Shown: positions 8,360 to 16,306 of the stretch, one piece after another
How the letters are laid out: each line of letters starts with the position of its first letter
Numbering within the stretch: position 1 is the first letter of the stretch
DNA from: a virus
Taxonomy: Duplodnaviria > Caudoviricetes
DNA length: 40,528 nucleotides
Virus record (IMG/VR): IMGVR_UViG_3300008255_000224
Coordinates: 1-40,528 of that record
Reading direction: 5' to 3' (one strand)
The notes under the pieces: generated by a model
What the model saw: the letters and a program-made list of their open reading frames with translations, nothing else
The model's database searches: none
Told to the model about the DNA's origin: nothing
Program-made: the position numbers and the translations under genes

Positions 8360-9136
8360 ATGACAGATGACATGGATCAGGTGTTCTCAAATCTGGAGAA
8401 TGAGATCGAGGAAGTGCCGGCACCAGGCACTCAGCTCCCCCAGGCCAATCAGCCGGTGCAGGATCCTACCCAGGACGACCAGGACGACAATCAGCCAAAG
8501 GATGAGTATCACGGTGTCAGCCGTGAGCAGGTGATTGATCAGCTCAAGTCAACCAAGTCGGAGATCGCCAAGCTCAGGGAGGACTTCTCCAAACAGTTCG
8601 AGGCCTTGAAGATCCCTCCAACCGACAAGCAGGTGGTTGAAGCTGTGGACTATCTCAAAGAGATCGGCCTCACCCAGGATCAGATCGATCAGATGAGCGG
8701 TACGGACATCGTGAAGATGATGTTCGAGAAGATGGAAGATCGCACCAGCCGGAAGATCAGTGATGCACTCAAACAGAGGGATGAGGTCTCCAAGTCAGCT
8801 CAGAAGCAGATCGATGATGCCTACGGCAAGTATCCAGCACTCAAGCCCAAGGGCACCTACAAGGACACGGTGAAGATGGTGCTGGAGAACGCCAAGCTCA
8901 AGAAACAGTACCTTACGCTAGATCAGGCCTGCCAACAGGCCAATCGAATACTCAATACGGATGGTCAGTCTGACGGATCGGGATCTGCTGGCACACAAAC
9001 CCAGATCAAACGATCCAGAATAGCCGTCGAAACTGGGGAGGGTTCGCCCATTTCACCTAATCAGATGGATACTGAGGAGATGCGTATCCACAAACTGCTT
9101 AACGGTGGAGAAACTGGGATCCTGGGCGGTCTTTAA
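8360..9136 (+). CDS. Capsid scaffolding protein
   Basis: Acidic disordered N-terminus, helical core, directly upstream of the capsid gene. Confidence 0.7.
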   Translation: MTDDMDQVFSNLENEIEEVPAPGTQLPQANQPVQDPTQDDQDDNQPKDEYHGVSREQVIDQLKSTKSEIAKLREDFSKQFEALKIPPTDKQVVEAVDYLKEIGLTQDQIDQMSGTDIVKMMFEKMEDRTSRKISDALKQRDEVSKSAQKQIDDAYGKYPALKPKGTYKDTVKMVLENAKLKKQYLTLDQACQQANRILNTDGQSDGSGSAGTQTQIKRSRIAVETGEGSPISPNQMDTEEMRIHKLLNGGETGILGGL

Positions 9137-9179
9137 TACACATTATTGCCCAAATTCCTAAAGAAAGGAGGAAAAAACT

Positions 9180-10346
9180 ATGACAGCAACAGCAACTGGT
9201 ATTCGTGGAAATGCGAATCTAGTCCCAATCAAGTACGACATCGCCAATGTCATCAATCTTCGTGATCGTAACAGGTTCCCCCTGCTCTCTCTCCTGACCA
9301 TCCCTTCCGCAAAGGATAGCCGTGGACAGAGCAAATCGATCAAGAAGAGAGTGACGACCGATCCCAAGTTCTACTGGTTTGAAGATACCTTCGGTCTCGA
9401 AAGATTCACCGGAGCTTCAACCGTGGATGCTACAGGTGGTACCCTCACCCTGGCTTCTGGTGGCAACAGCCTCCAGGCCGGTGATGTGCTCCTTGTCGCC
9501 GCCCAGAAATGGGTATTTGAGGTCTCATCGATCACTTCCGACACCGCAGTAGTCGTGCTTGCAGAGAAAGGTGGAGCAACCGCTACGGCCTCAGCCGTGG
9601 GTGATGTTCTCCTGATCGGCAACGCCAACGAAGAGGGTGCTCGTGCTCGTAACATCAAGTCTACGACCATGACCGAGCCCTACGGCTATTGCCAGCTTTT
9701 CCGTACCCCCATCGGTATCACGAACACTGCAAAGAATACTGATACCTGGGTGAAGGAAAACGATCTGGACTACCAGAGAATGAAGAAACATACCGAGCAC
9801 CTCAGAGAGATTGAAAAATCTTTCCTGTTCGGCAAACTTGCCCTGTCCACAGGCGGTACCCATTCCAAACGCTTCACCGATGGCGTAATCAACAAGATCA
9901 CCACCAACGCAACGGCGAATGTTGACACCGAAGCTGAGTTCCTCACCTTCTTGTCGTCCCAGGTATTTGCCCATGGCAACAGTGAAAAGTATCTCTTCTG
10001 TTCTTCTCCGTTCCTGAATCTGATCGAGGGTTGGTTCAAAAACCGTATCCAGATCCGCCAGGACGAAAAGACCTTTGGCATCAAAGTGATGACCTATGAA
10101 AGCTCATACGGCACCCTGCACCTGATCCGTCACGAATTGCTCACAGGCACGACCTATGGCAATTACGGTGTGGCTCTGGACATGGAGAACCTGACCTATC
10201 GATTCCTTCAGAATCGTGACACTCAGCTCCTGCCCAATCGCCAGGCCAATGACGAGGATAGTGTGGTGGAAGAGTACCTTTCAGAAGTTGGACTCCAGGT
10301 CGAACAGGAGACGACTCACGCAGTAGCGTCCGTCAGCTCTCTGTAA
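9180..10346 (+). CDS. Major capsid protein, SU10/DUF5309-like
   Basis: KFYWFED, NANEEG, YCQLFRTPIGITNT, HLREIEKSFLFG, RFTDGV, YESSYGTL motifs; strong SD AAAGGAGG. Confidence 0.9.
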   Translation: MTATATGIRGNANLVPIKYDIANVINLRDRNRFPLLSLLTIPSAKDSRGQSKSIKKRVTTDPKFYWFEDTFGLERFTGASTVDATGGTLTLASGGNSLQAGDVLLVAAQKWVFEVSSITSDTAVVVLAEKGGATATASAVGDVLLIGNANEEGARARNIKSTTMTEPYGYCQLFRTPIGITNTAKNTDTWVKENDLDYQRMKKHTEHLREIEKSFLFGKLALSTGGTHSKRFTDGVINKITTNATANVDTEAEFLTFLSSQVFAHGNSEKYLFCSSPFLNLIEGWFKNRIQIRQDEKTFGIKVMTYESSYGTLHLIRHELLTGTTYGNYGVALDMENLTYRFLQNRDTQLLPNRQANDEDSVVEEYLSEVGLQVEQETTHAVASVSSL

Positions 10347-10350
10347 CCGA

Positions 10351-10408
10351 TTAGCCACAGACGGTTGCTGAGCATATCTCCCACCGCTCAGCGACAATGT
10401 GCGGCTAA
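10351..10408 (+). promoter_or_regulatory. Long intergenic hairpin after the capsid gene
   Basis: TTAGCC/GGCTAA outer stem and GTTGCTGAGC/GCTCAGCGAC inner stem; no U tract. Confidence 0.55.
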
Positions 10409-10430
10409 ACCATATCAAGGAGGTTTGAGA

Positions 10431-11063
10431 ATGTCAGAAGAAAAAGATCACGCAGAAATGTCCTATAGGGAACTACAGGAAGAAGCAGGGATCAGAGGCA
10501 TCAAGAGCTTTGGCCTCAAAAAGGATCAGCTCATTGAAAAGCTCTCAGGCAAGGCTCAGGGGACAGGCGATCTGCCAGCCGGTTCAGTGAAAAGCGATCC
10601 TGGGGCATCTGGTGAGGCCACCAAACGGCCTACGATGCGTCAGTATGTGTCTTTGAAGTATTCCAGCCTCCGGCTCCCGATCAAGTCAGCTTACTTCAAA
10701 TACTACGAGGGTGGTAATGCCCAGCTCGTCAACGGCGAAGCGATCCAGTTCACCGATGGAAGCTACCAGACCGACAATCCGGCCGAGATCGAGTTCCTGG
10801 ACAATCATCCCAACAACAAGGCAGTGGGCAAAGGCAGTGCGGAGTTCGTTTCCCTGGTCAAGCAGGCCAGCATGGACGAGCTCAAGACTGAGTTCGCCAA
10901 AGCCACAAAGACGCTGGAGCAGACCAGGATCGAGAATGAACGCCTGGCACAGGAGAACGCCGAGCTTCGCATGAGAGCGGCCGGACAGGTGCTACCAGTG
11001 GCCAAGGCTGAAACTCAGACTGGGATCCGTGGTACAGCGGACATCGTCCAAGCAAAGTTCTAA
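10431..11063 (+). CDS. Rho-N/SAP-like domain protein with coiled coil and a C-terminal copy of the capsid N-arm
   Basis: MSYRELQEEAGIRGIKSFGLKKDQLIEKL; SD AAGGAGG before ATG 10431; ends TGIRGTADIVQAKF. Confidence 0.75.
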   Translation: MSEEKDHAEMSYRELQEEAGIRGIKSFGLKKDQLIEKLSGKAQGTGDLPAGSVKSDPGASGEATKRPTMRQYVSLKYSSLRLPIKSAYFKYYEGGNAQLVNGEAIQFTDGSYQTDNPAEIEFLDNHPNNKAVGKGSAEFVSLVKQASMDELKTEFAKATKTLEQTRIENERLAQENAELRMRAAGQVLPVAKAETQTGIRGTADIVQAKF

Positions 11064-11085
11064 ACACGAGGATCTGATGAGGAAT

Positions 11086-11130
11086 ATGGACGGTGCCTAT
11101 GTTGCGATTCGTAGTGTGGGCATCGTCCGT
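11086..11130 (+). promoter_or_regulatory. 21-bp intergenic RNA hairpin rich in G-U pairs
   Basis: 11086-11106 pairs continuously with 11110-11130; 7 of 21 pairs are G-U and none is a true mismatch. Confidence 0.65.
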
Positions 11131-11168
11131 TCTGTGAAAGAGTATAGATTATTTTCTAGGAGACAGAG

Positions 11169-11474
11169 ATGAAAGACGCTTACGGCAATCCGATCTACGG
11201 CAGACCTCTCGGAACCAGCGGCCAGAAGGCAGTGACAACCGCCGGTACCCAGCTCCAGGTCAGCGAGGCATCAGTGAAGTGTGCAGGTGTTCTGGTCAGA
11301 GCAATCCCAGGCAACACCGGTGTCGTCTATATCGGCGGAGCGGATGTATCGGCTTCCACCGGCCTGGCTCTCAAGAACACCGATCCGGCCGTGTTCATCC
11401 CAGTGGCGGATCTGAACCTGCTCTGGGTGGATTCTGCGTCCAATGGTGATGGTATCAGCTACCTTACTTACTAA
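11169..11474 (+). CDS. Small beta-rich virion protein
   Basis: TAGTQLQVS...VRAIPGNTGVVYIGG pattern typical of small phage jelly-roll proteins; SD AGGAG. Confidence 0.65.
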   Translation: MKDAYGNPIYGRPLGTSGQKAVTTAGTQLQVSEASVKCAGVLVRAIPGNTGVVYIGGADVSASTGLALKNTDPAVFIPVADLNLLWVDSASNGDGISYLTY

Positions 11475-11492
11475 TTTTTCAGGGAGATTCAA

Positions 11493-11741
11493 ATGGATGA
11501 TGAAACGCCAGTAGTGCCAGCTCAGCCAGTCGAGGCCGTACCGCCGATGCCAGATCACATGGATATGGTACCGCCACCGGCCAAGCCAGCCAATCCGTCC
11601 CAGGAGTTCCTCAATGAGTACAAGACGCTCTGTGACAAATATGGGCTGTTGTTCAGTGCAAGTCCGGTCTATGTGGAGACGAACCATCAGACCTTCGAGC
11701 TATCGATCCAGATCAAGGTAGTCAAGAAACAGCAACAGTAG
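11493..11741 (+). CDS. Hypothetical protein with Pro-rich N-terminus
   Basis: GGAGATTCAAATG start context; fills the gap between neighbours. Confidence 0.7.
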   Translation: MDDETPVVPAQPVEAVPPMPDHMDMVPPPAKPANPSQEFLNEYKTLCDKYGLLFSASPVYVETNHQTFELSIQIKVVKKQQQ

Positions 11742-11749
11742 GAGCACCT

Positions 11750-12652
11750 ATGTACTTCGCACAACTTCTTCGAGATCTCAATGCCAGGATGGTCTCAGTC
11801 GAGACCACCGGCTTCCATAAAGAGAACGATAAGATCCTCTGGCTCCAGAATGCCATAGAGGAAGTAGGCAACATGACCTACCAGGATCCGGAGAGCGGAA
11901 AGATGAAGCGGATAGACTGGGACTGGCTTAAGGATGAAGAGATCGTCCCGACCGTGGCCAGCCAGGAAGCCTACGATCTGCCCACTGACATGAAGTTCGG
12001 CGGCCTGAGATCTGTGGTGATCGAGGATGCAGAGGGTACCAGGGCTGAGTTCCATATCGTCACAGTGGACGAGTACGAGAACCAGACCTCCGGCTACCGG
12101 AATGTGGCGACCATCAAGAATGGCCACCTGTATCTCAGGGTGTTCAGTGCGGACAACATCGACTACACCGCCTATGAGATCGCAGGAGACGACCTGATCA
12201 TCTCCTACATCCGGAAGCCAGTCATGCCAGTGATCACGAGCAGAGGGGCTATCACAGCCTTTGCGGCGGCCGGTACGAGCACAACGGTCTCCAGTGCCAG
12301 CCATGGGCTTGCAGATGCCAATGTCGTGACGATCATCGGGACACCAAACTATGACGGCATCTACTCCATCGGGACGATTGCCACTGGATCATTCGTGATT
12401 CCAGCTCAGTTCCTGGCGGACGATGCCTGCGGTACCTGGTACAAGAGCGGTCTCCTGGAGTTCAATGACGAGTTCGCAGTGCCGGTTGTCCGGCTGGCCT
12501 TTGCTACCTGCCTGGAGAAGGAAGGAAAGGGCGAGCAGTCAATGAAAGAGCAGGGTGACGCAAGGAATACCCTGATCGCTCTCAGTGAATCCCAGGCCAA
12601 GCAGATCACCAGGGCATACAAAGGCCAGGCCAGCTCAACCTTTTTTGGGTAA
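11750..12652 (+). CDS. Head-tail adaptor protein with inserted FCCH-like beta domain
   Basis: WLQNAIEE...DWDWL...SQEAYDLPTD adaptor pattern; insert ITAFAAAG...HGLADANVVTIIGTPNYDG. Confidence 0.65.
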   Translation: MYFAQLLRDLNARMVSVETTGFHKENDKILWLQNAIEEVGNMTYQDPESGKMKRIDWDWLKDEEIVPTVASQEAYDLPTDMKFGGLRSVVIEDAEGTRAEFHIVTVDEYENQTSGYRNVATIKNGHLYLRVFSADNIDYTAYEIAGDDLIISYIRKPVMPVITSRGAITAFAAAGTSTTVSSASHGLADANVVTIIGTPNYDGIYSIGTIATGSFVIPAQFLADDACGTWYKSGLLEFNDEFAVPVVRLAFATCLEKEGKGEQSMKEQGDARNTLIALSESQAKQITRAYKGQASSTFFG

Positions 12653-12658
12653 TCAGAT

Positions 12659-14392
12659 ATGCTCTATGTCGTAGATTCATTCGAGGGCGGGCTTTCAGAG
12701 GATGCGTACCGTGGGCTCAAAGGAGCCTTCCGCTACGGATACGGCCTGGACATCAGACAGACCAAGGACACGCTCACCTGCAATCAGAAGCTCAAAAAGG
12801 ACAGCGGTACCACGATCACCGAGCTGATCCTGTTCCAGGTGTCTGCTTCTGATGGCAATCTCTACCTGTTCGGGGATGCCGGCGGTATCTACAAGATGAC
12901 GACCAGCACTGGAGCCTATACCAAGATCGCTACCTACTCAGGTACGGCCGGAGCCGGTGCCAGGATCTGCGGTGCAGGAGAGTTCACGAACAATGATCCG
13001 ACCACAGCGACACTCAGCACAAATCTGACCGGTGCAAACAATGATCTGGTGTTCACAGCGATCACGCCAGGCGTGGAAGCGAACGATATATCCATCGAAT
13101 ACATCAATCCAGGGGTGGAAACGCCACTGGAGACCGTCACAGTGACCGGAAACGCTATCCAGGTGACGCTCAGGAGCGTATCTACGGTGCTGTCGACTGC
13201 CACTCAGGTGATAAATGCCATCAATGCCAATGCTTCTGCTTCGATCCTGGTCAGCGTGGCCAATAAGAGCGGAAATGACGGATCCGGAGCGGTGATTGCC
13301 ATGGCACACACGCACCTGGCCGGTGGAACATCGACCTATAAGGCCTACATCTACTTCGCAACCAAGACTACGCTCAACCGGATGCTGGTATCCACCAATG
13401 TGATCACCCAGGACTGGAAAGCCCTCAGTGATGTCGGTACTACTGGCTGGCACAGCATGGCCGAGGCAGTGGGTACCCTCCAGATCGCCAATTTGAACGA
13501 TTTGGCCTTCGTGGACTATGAGGGTGGCTTTACGATGTCCGGACTGGACTTCCCAGCCGGTGATGTCGTCTCCACAGTGGTAGGCCAGGACAACTCCGTG
13601 ATCGCCGGCACCACCAACAAGCTCTACAACTGGGATCGCTTGCAGGTATCCTGGCTGAACCGGCGTGAAGTGCCGGACATGAGCATAGATGCCATGATAT
13701 TCAGCAACTACCTCCTGATCCATTCAGGATCCACGCTCTACAGCTGGGACACTTCCGCCCTGGTACCGATCCGCCAGATGCTCAGATCCGATCATTCCGT
13801 GAAGCCTGGTGCAATCGCCAACTACAAGGGCGTTCCCTATATGGGTGTGAACGGTGCGGCGGATGTCGGCGTCTACTCCTACGGCACCAGGAGCATGATC
13901 AAGAACCGCACACTCAACTTCGAGTATGTGCTGTCCCATGGCAAGACGGCATCTGTCTCCATCGGATCAGTGCAGGCACACAACAACAACCTGTATGTGG
14001 CCTGGAAGGATGGCACCACCTACGGTGTGGACATCATCGACACTGCCAACAAGGCCGTGGCCAGGTATGAGGGACTGCGGTTTAGGACAAAGACGCTGGA
14101 ACAGCAGAAGTTCTCGTTCATCCAGCTCTTAATGGAGCCCTTGCCTACCGGTTGCTCGATCCAGGTGCAGTACAAGGTCAACGGCCAGGCCTCCTGGATC
14201 ACTGCCAAGGTGGCCAATGGATCTCCGACCTTCACGATTGCCAACTCCACCAAGGCGATCTTCAAGATCGATCCGGATCCCAAGTACGGAGGGGAAGAGA
14301 TCGAGATCGCACTGACGCTCACTCCCAGTGGCAACACCGCTCCGGACATCAAGGCTATTGTGACTACCTTTGACGCAGTAGGGAACAAATAA
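12659..14392 (+). CDS. Tail nozzle or head-closure protein, predicted beta-propeller
   Basis: N-terminal SFEGGLSE, all-beta composition and position after the adaptor. Confidence 0.6.
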   Translation: MLYVVDSFEGGLSEDAYRGLKGAFRYGYGLDIRQTKDTLTCNQKLKKDSGTTITELILFQVSASDGNLYLFGDAGGIYKMTTSTGAYTKIATYSGTAGAGARICGAGEFTNNDPTTATLSTNLTGANNDLVFTAITPGVEANDISIEYINPGVETPLETVTVTGNAIQVTLRSVSTVLSTATQVINAINANASASILVSVANKSGNDGSGAVIAMAHTHLAGGTSTYKAYIYFATKTTLNRMLVSTNVITQDWKALSDVGTTGWHSMAEAVGTLQIANLNDLAFVDYEGGFTMSGLDFPAGDVVSTVVGQDNSVIAGTTNKLYNWDRLQVSWLNRREVPDMSIDAMIFSNYLLIHSGSTLYSWDTSALVPIRQMLRSDHSVKPGAIANYKGVPYMGVNGAADVGVYSYGTRSMIKNRTLNFEYVLSHGKTASVSIGSVQAHNNNLYVAWKDGTTYGVDIIDTANKAVARYEGLRFRTKTLEQQKFSFIQLLMEPLPTGCSIQVQYKVNGQASWITAKVANGSPTFTIANSTKAIFKIDPDPKYGGEEIEIALTLTPSGNTAPDIKAIVTTFDAVGNK

Positions 14393-15033
14393 TGGAGATC
14401 AAGGTATACCACAACGAATACTACGATCAGCCGTACCTCCAGGGTGACAATCCTGCGAGTGCGGTTCTCGGTACTCCAATGGTCATACCGGCCGGATCTG
14501 TTGGGTTCAAGGAGCTGGCCTCCAATGCAGTCAGGGGCGTGAACATCCATGATGGATCGATCACGGCCGAGAAGCTCAGCGTTGAATCCCTTTCTGCGAT
14601 CTCAGCCGTCATGGGTACGCTGGTGGCCGGAGAGATGCACATACCGGATATGACCTCACCTGAGAGCTACCATGTGGACGGCTTTGGCAATGTTTGGTGG
14701 GGATGCTCGAAAGATGCCTTCGCTCTGGATCGCAACAATGCGGTCTCATTCATCCTGAAAAGCGGAGAAGCCAGGTTTTCCAATGTGGAACTCACCTCAT
14801 CTGTCGCTCTAGCCTATACCAATGCCAATCACTTCACCGCCAACTACCTCGGAGACGATGTAGATGCTTCATTCATTCTCAACCGGACGACTGGCGGAGC
14901 TATGCACCTAGTATGGAATGGTGTCACCGCTACTCTTAACCGGCCGTTTGATCCGCTCGAATTGATTATCCACAATATTTCTGACACAGAACCTGTCTCG
15001 CCGGTGGCTGGCCAGGTCTGGTTAGATCCATAG
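14392..15033 (+). CDS. Tail needle or fibre-base protein
   Basis: IHDGSITAEKLSVESLSAISAVMGTL repeat type; ends EPVSPVAGQVWLDP. Confidence 0.55.
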   Translation: MEIKVYHNEYYDQPYLQGDNPASAVLGTPMVIPAGSVGFKELASNAVRGVNIHDGSITAEKLSVESLSAISAVMGTLVAGEMHIPDMTSPESYHVDGFGNVWWGCSKDAFALDRNNAVSFILKSGEARFSNVELTSSVALAYTNANHFTANYLGDDVDASFILNRTTGGAMHLVWNGVTATLNRPFDPLELIIHNISDTEPVSPVAGQVWLDP

Positions 15034-15043
15034 GAGATTCACC

Positions 15044-16306
15044 ATGATTTCAGTATTCACGCCAGTACATAAGACCTCAGCACCATTTCTTCTCGATGCC
15101 TACAAAGGCATGATGTCCCAGACCTACACGGACTGGGAATGGGTGATCTGCCTCAATAACGGCGGATACATCGATGAAGCGATCAAGGATCCCAGGATCA
15201 AAGTGATCAGCATAGAGGATGTCGAGCATTACAGCATCGGCCGTCTCAAGAAGTTCTGTTGTGACAATGCCAAGGGAGAGATCCTGGTGGAGCTGGATGC
15301 TGACGATATTTTAACGCCTGACGCACTGGGATCGATCCTGGCGGCGTTTCAGGATGAAAAGGTGCAGATGGTGTATTCCAACTCAGCGGCCTTTGACGAT
15401 GGTACCTGGAAAGCCTCTACCTTCTCTGAATACTGGGGCTGGAGATCTCGGCCGTTCATCTTCGAGGGACATCCTCTGCTTGAGACGATTGCCTGGGAAC
15501 CGAGCGTTCAGATGATGAGACGGATCGAATGGGCTCCTGATCATGTGCGGTGCTGGCGGACATCGGCGTACAAAGAGCTCGGCGGCCATGATCCAGAGAT
15601 CAAAGCCGGAGACGATCACGATCTCTGTTGTCGGACATATCTGACATACGGCCAGGCTGGCTTCAAGCATATCGATCAGTGCCTGTATCTCTATCGCCTG
15701 CATCCATTCAATTCCAGCAAGACCTACAACGCTGATGTCCAGGCTCAGACTGACAAGAACTACTGCAAATACTCTCGTGATATGGCGACCAAGTGGGCGT
15801 TCGACAATGGCCTGCGGTGCCTGGATCTCGGTGGACAGTTCAACAAATGGGATCACTACGAGACCGTGGATCTGATGAACGCTGACATCATCATGGATCT
15901 GGACGAAGAGCACTGGAACCTGCCGGACAATTCCGTGGGTGTGATCAAGGCGTACCACATCTTCGAGCACCTCAAGGATCCTATCAATGCCATGAACGAG
16001 GCCTTCCGTGTGCTGGCTCCTGGTGGCTTCCTGTTCATTGAGGTGCCGTCAGCGGATGGCCGTGGTGCCTTTCAGGATCCCACGCACAAGAGCTTCTGGA
16101 ACCAGAACAGCATCTGGTATTACACCGATCAGAACTTCGCTCGGTTCATTCAGCCACGCTATAAAGGGAAGTTCCAGAAGGCCAGGGTGGCGACCTTCTA
16201 CCCAGGACAGTTTGAAAAAGACAATGAGATCCCATATCTCCAGGCGGATCTGATCTGCCTCAAGGCTCCCTATACCAATAGACCAGTAGGAGAGGTGCTC
16301 ATCTGA
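15044..16306 (+). CDS. GT2 glycosyltransferase fused to a class I SAM-dependent methyltransferase
   Basis: [30 protein letters not shown]; then [25 protein letters not shown]. Confidence 0.9.
   Translation: MISVFTPVHKTSAPFLLDAYKGMMSQTYTDWEWVICLNNGGYIDEAIKDPRIKVISIEDVEHYSIGRLKKFCCDNAKGEILVELDADDILTPDALGSILAAFQDEKVQMVYSNSAAFDDGTWKASTFSEYWGWRSRPFIFEGHPLLETIAWEPSVQMMRRIEWAPDHVRCWRTSAYKELGGHDPEIKAGDDHDLCCRTYLTYGQAGFKHIDQCLYLYRLHPFNSSKTYNADVQAQTDKNYCKYSRDMATKWAFDNGLRCLDLGGQFNKWDHYETVDLMNADIIMDLDEEHWNLPDNSVGVIKAYHIFEHLKDPINAMNEAFRVLAPGGFLFIEVPSADGRGAFQDPTHKSFWNQNSIWYYTDQNFARFIQPRYKGKFQKARVATFYPGQFEKDNEIPYLQADLICLKAPYTNRPVGEVLI

Noticed and set aside
11071-11160. Hammerhead ribozyme (CTGATGA, long stem, GAAA)
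   Set aside because: Stem II does not close directly against GAAA and no stem I partner follows a UH site; kept only as a hairpin.
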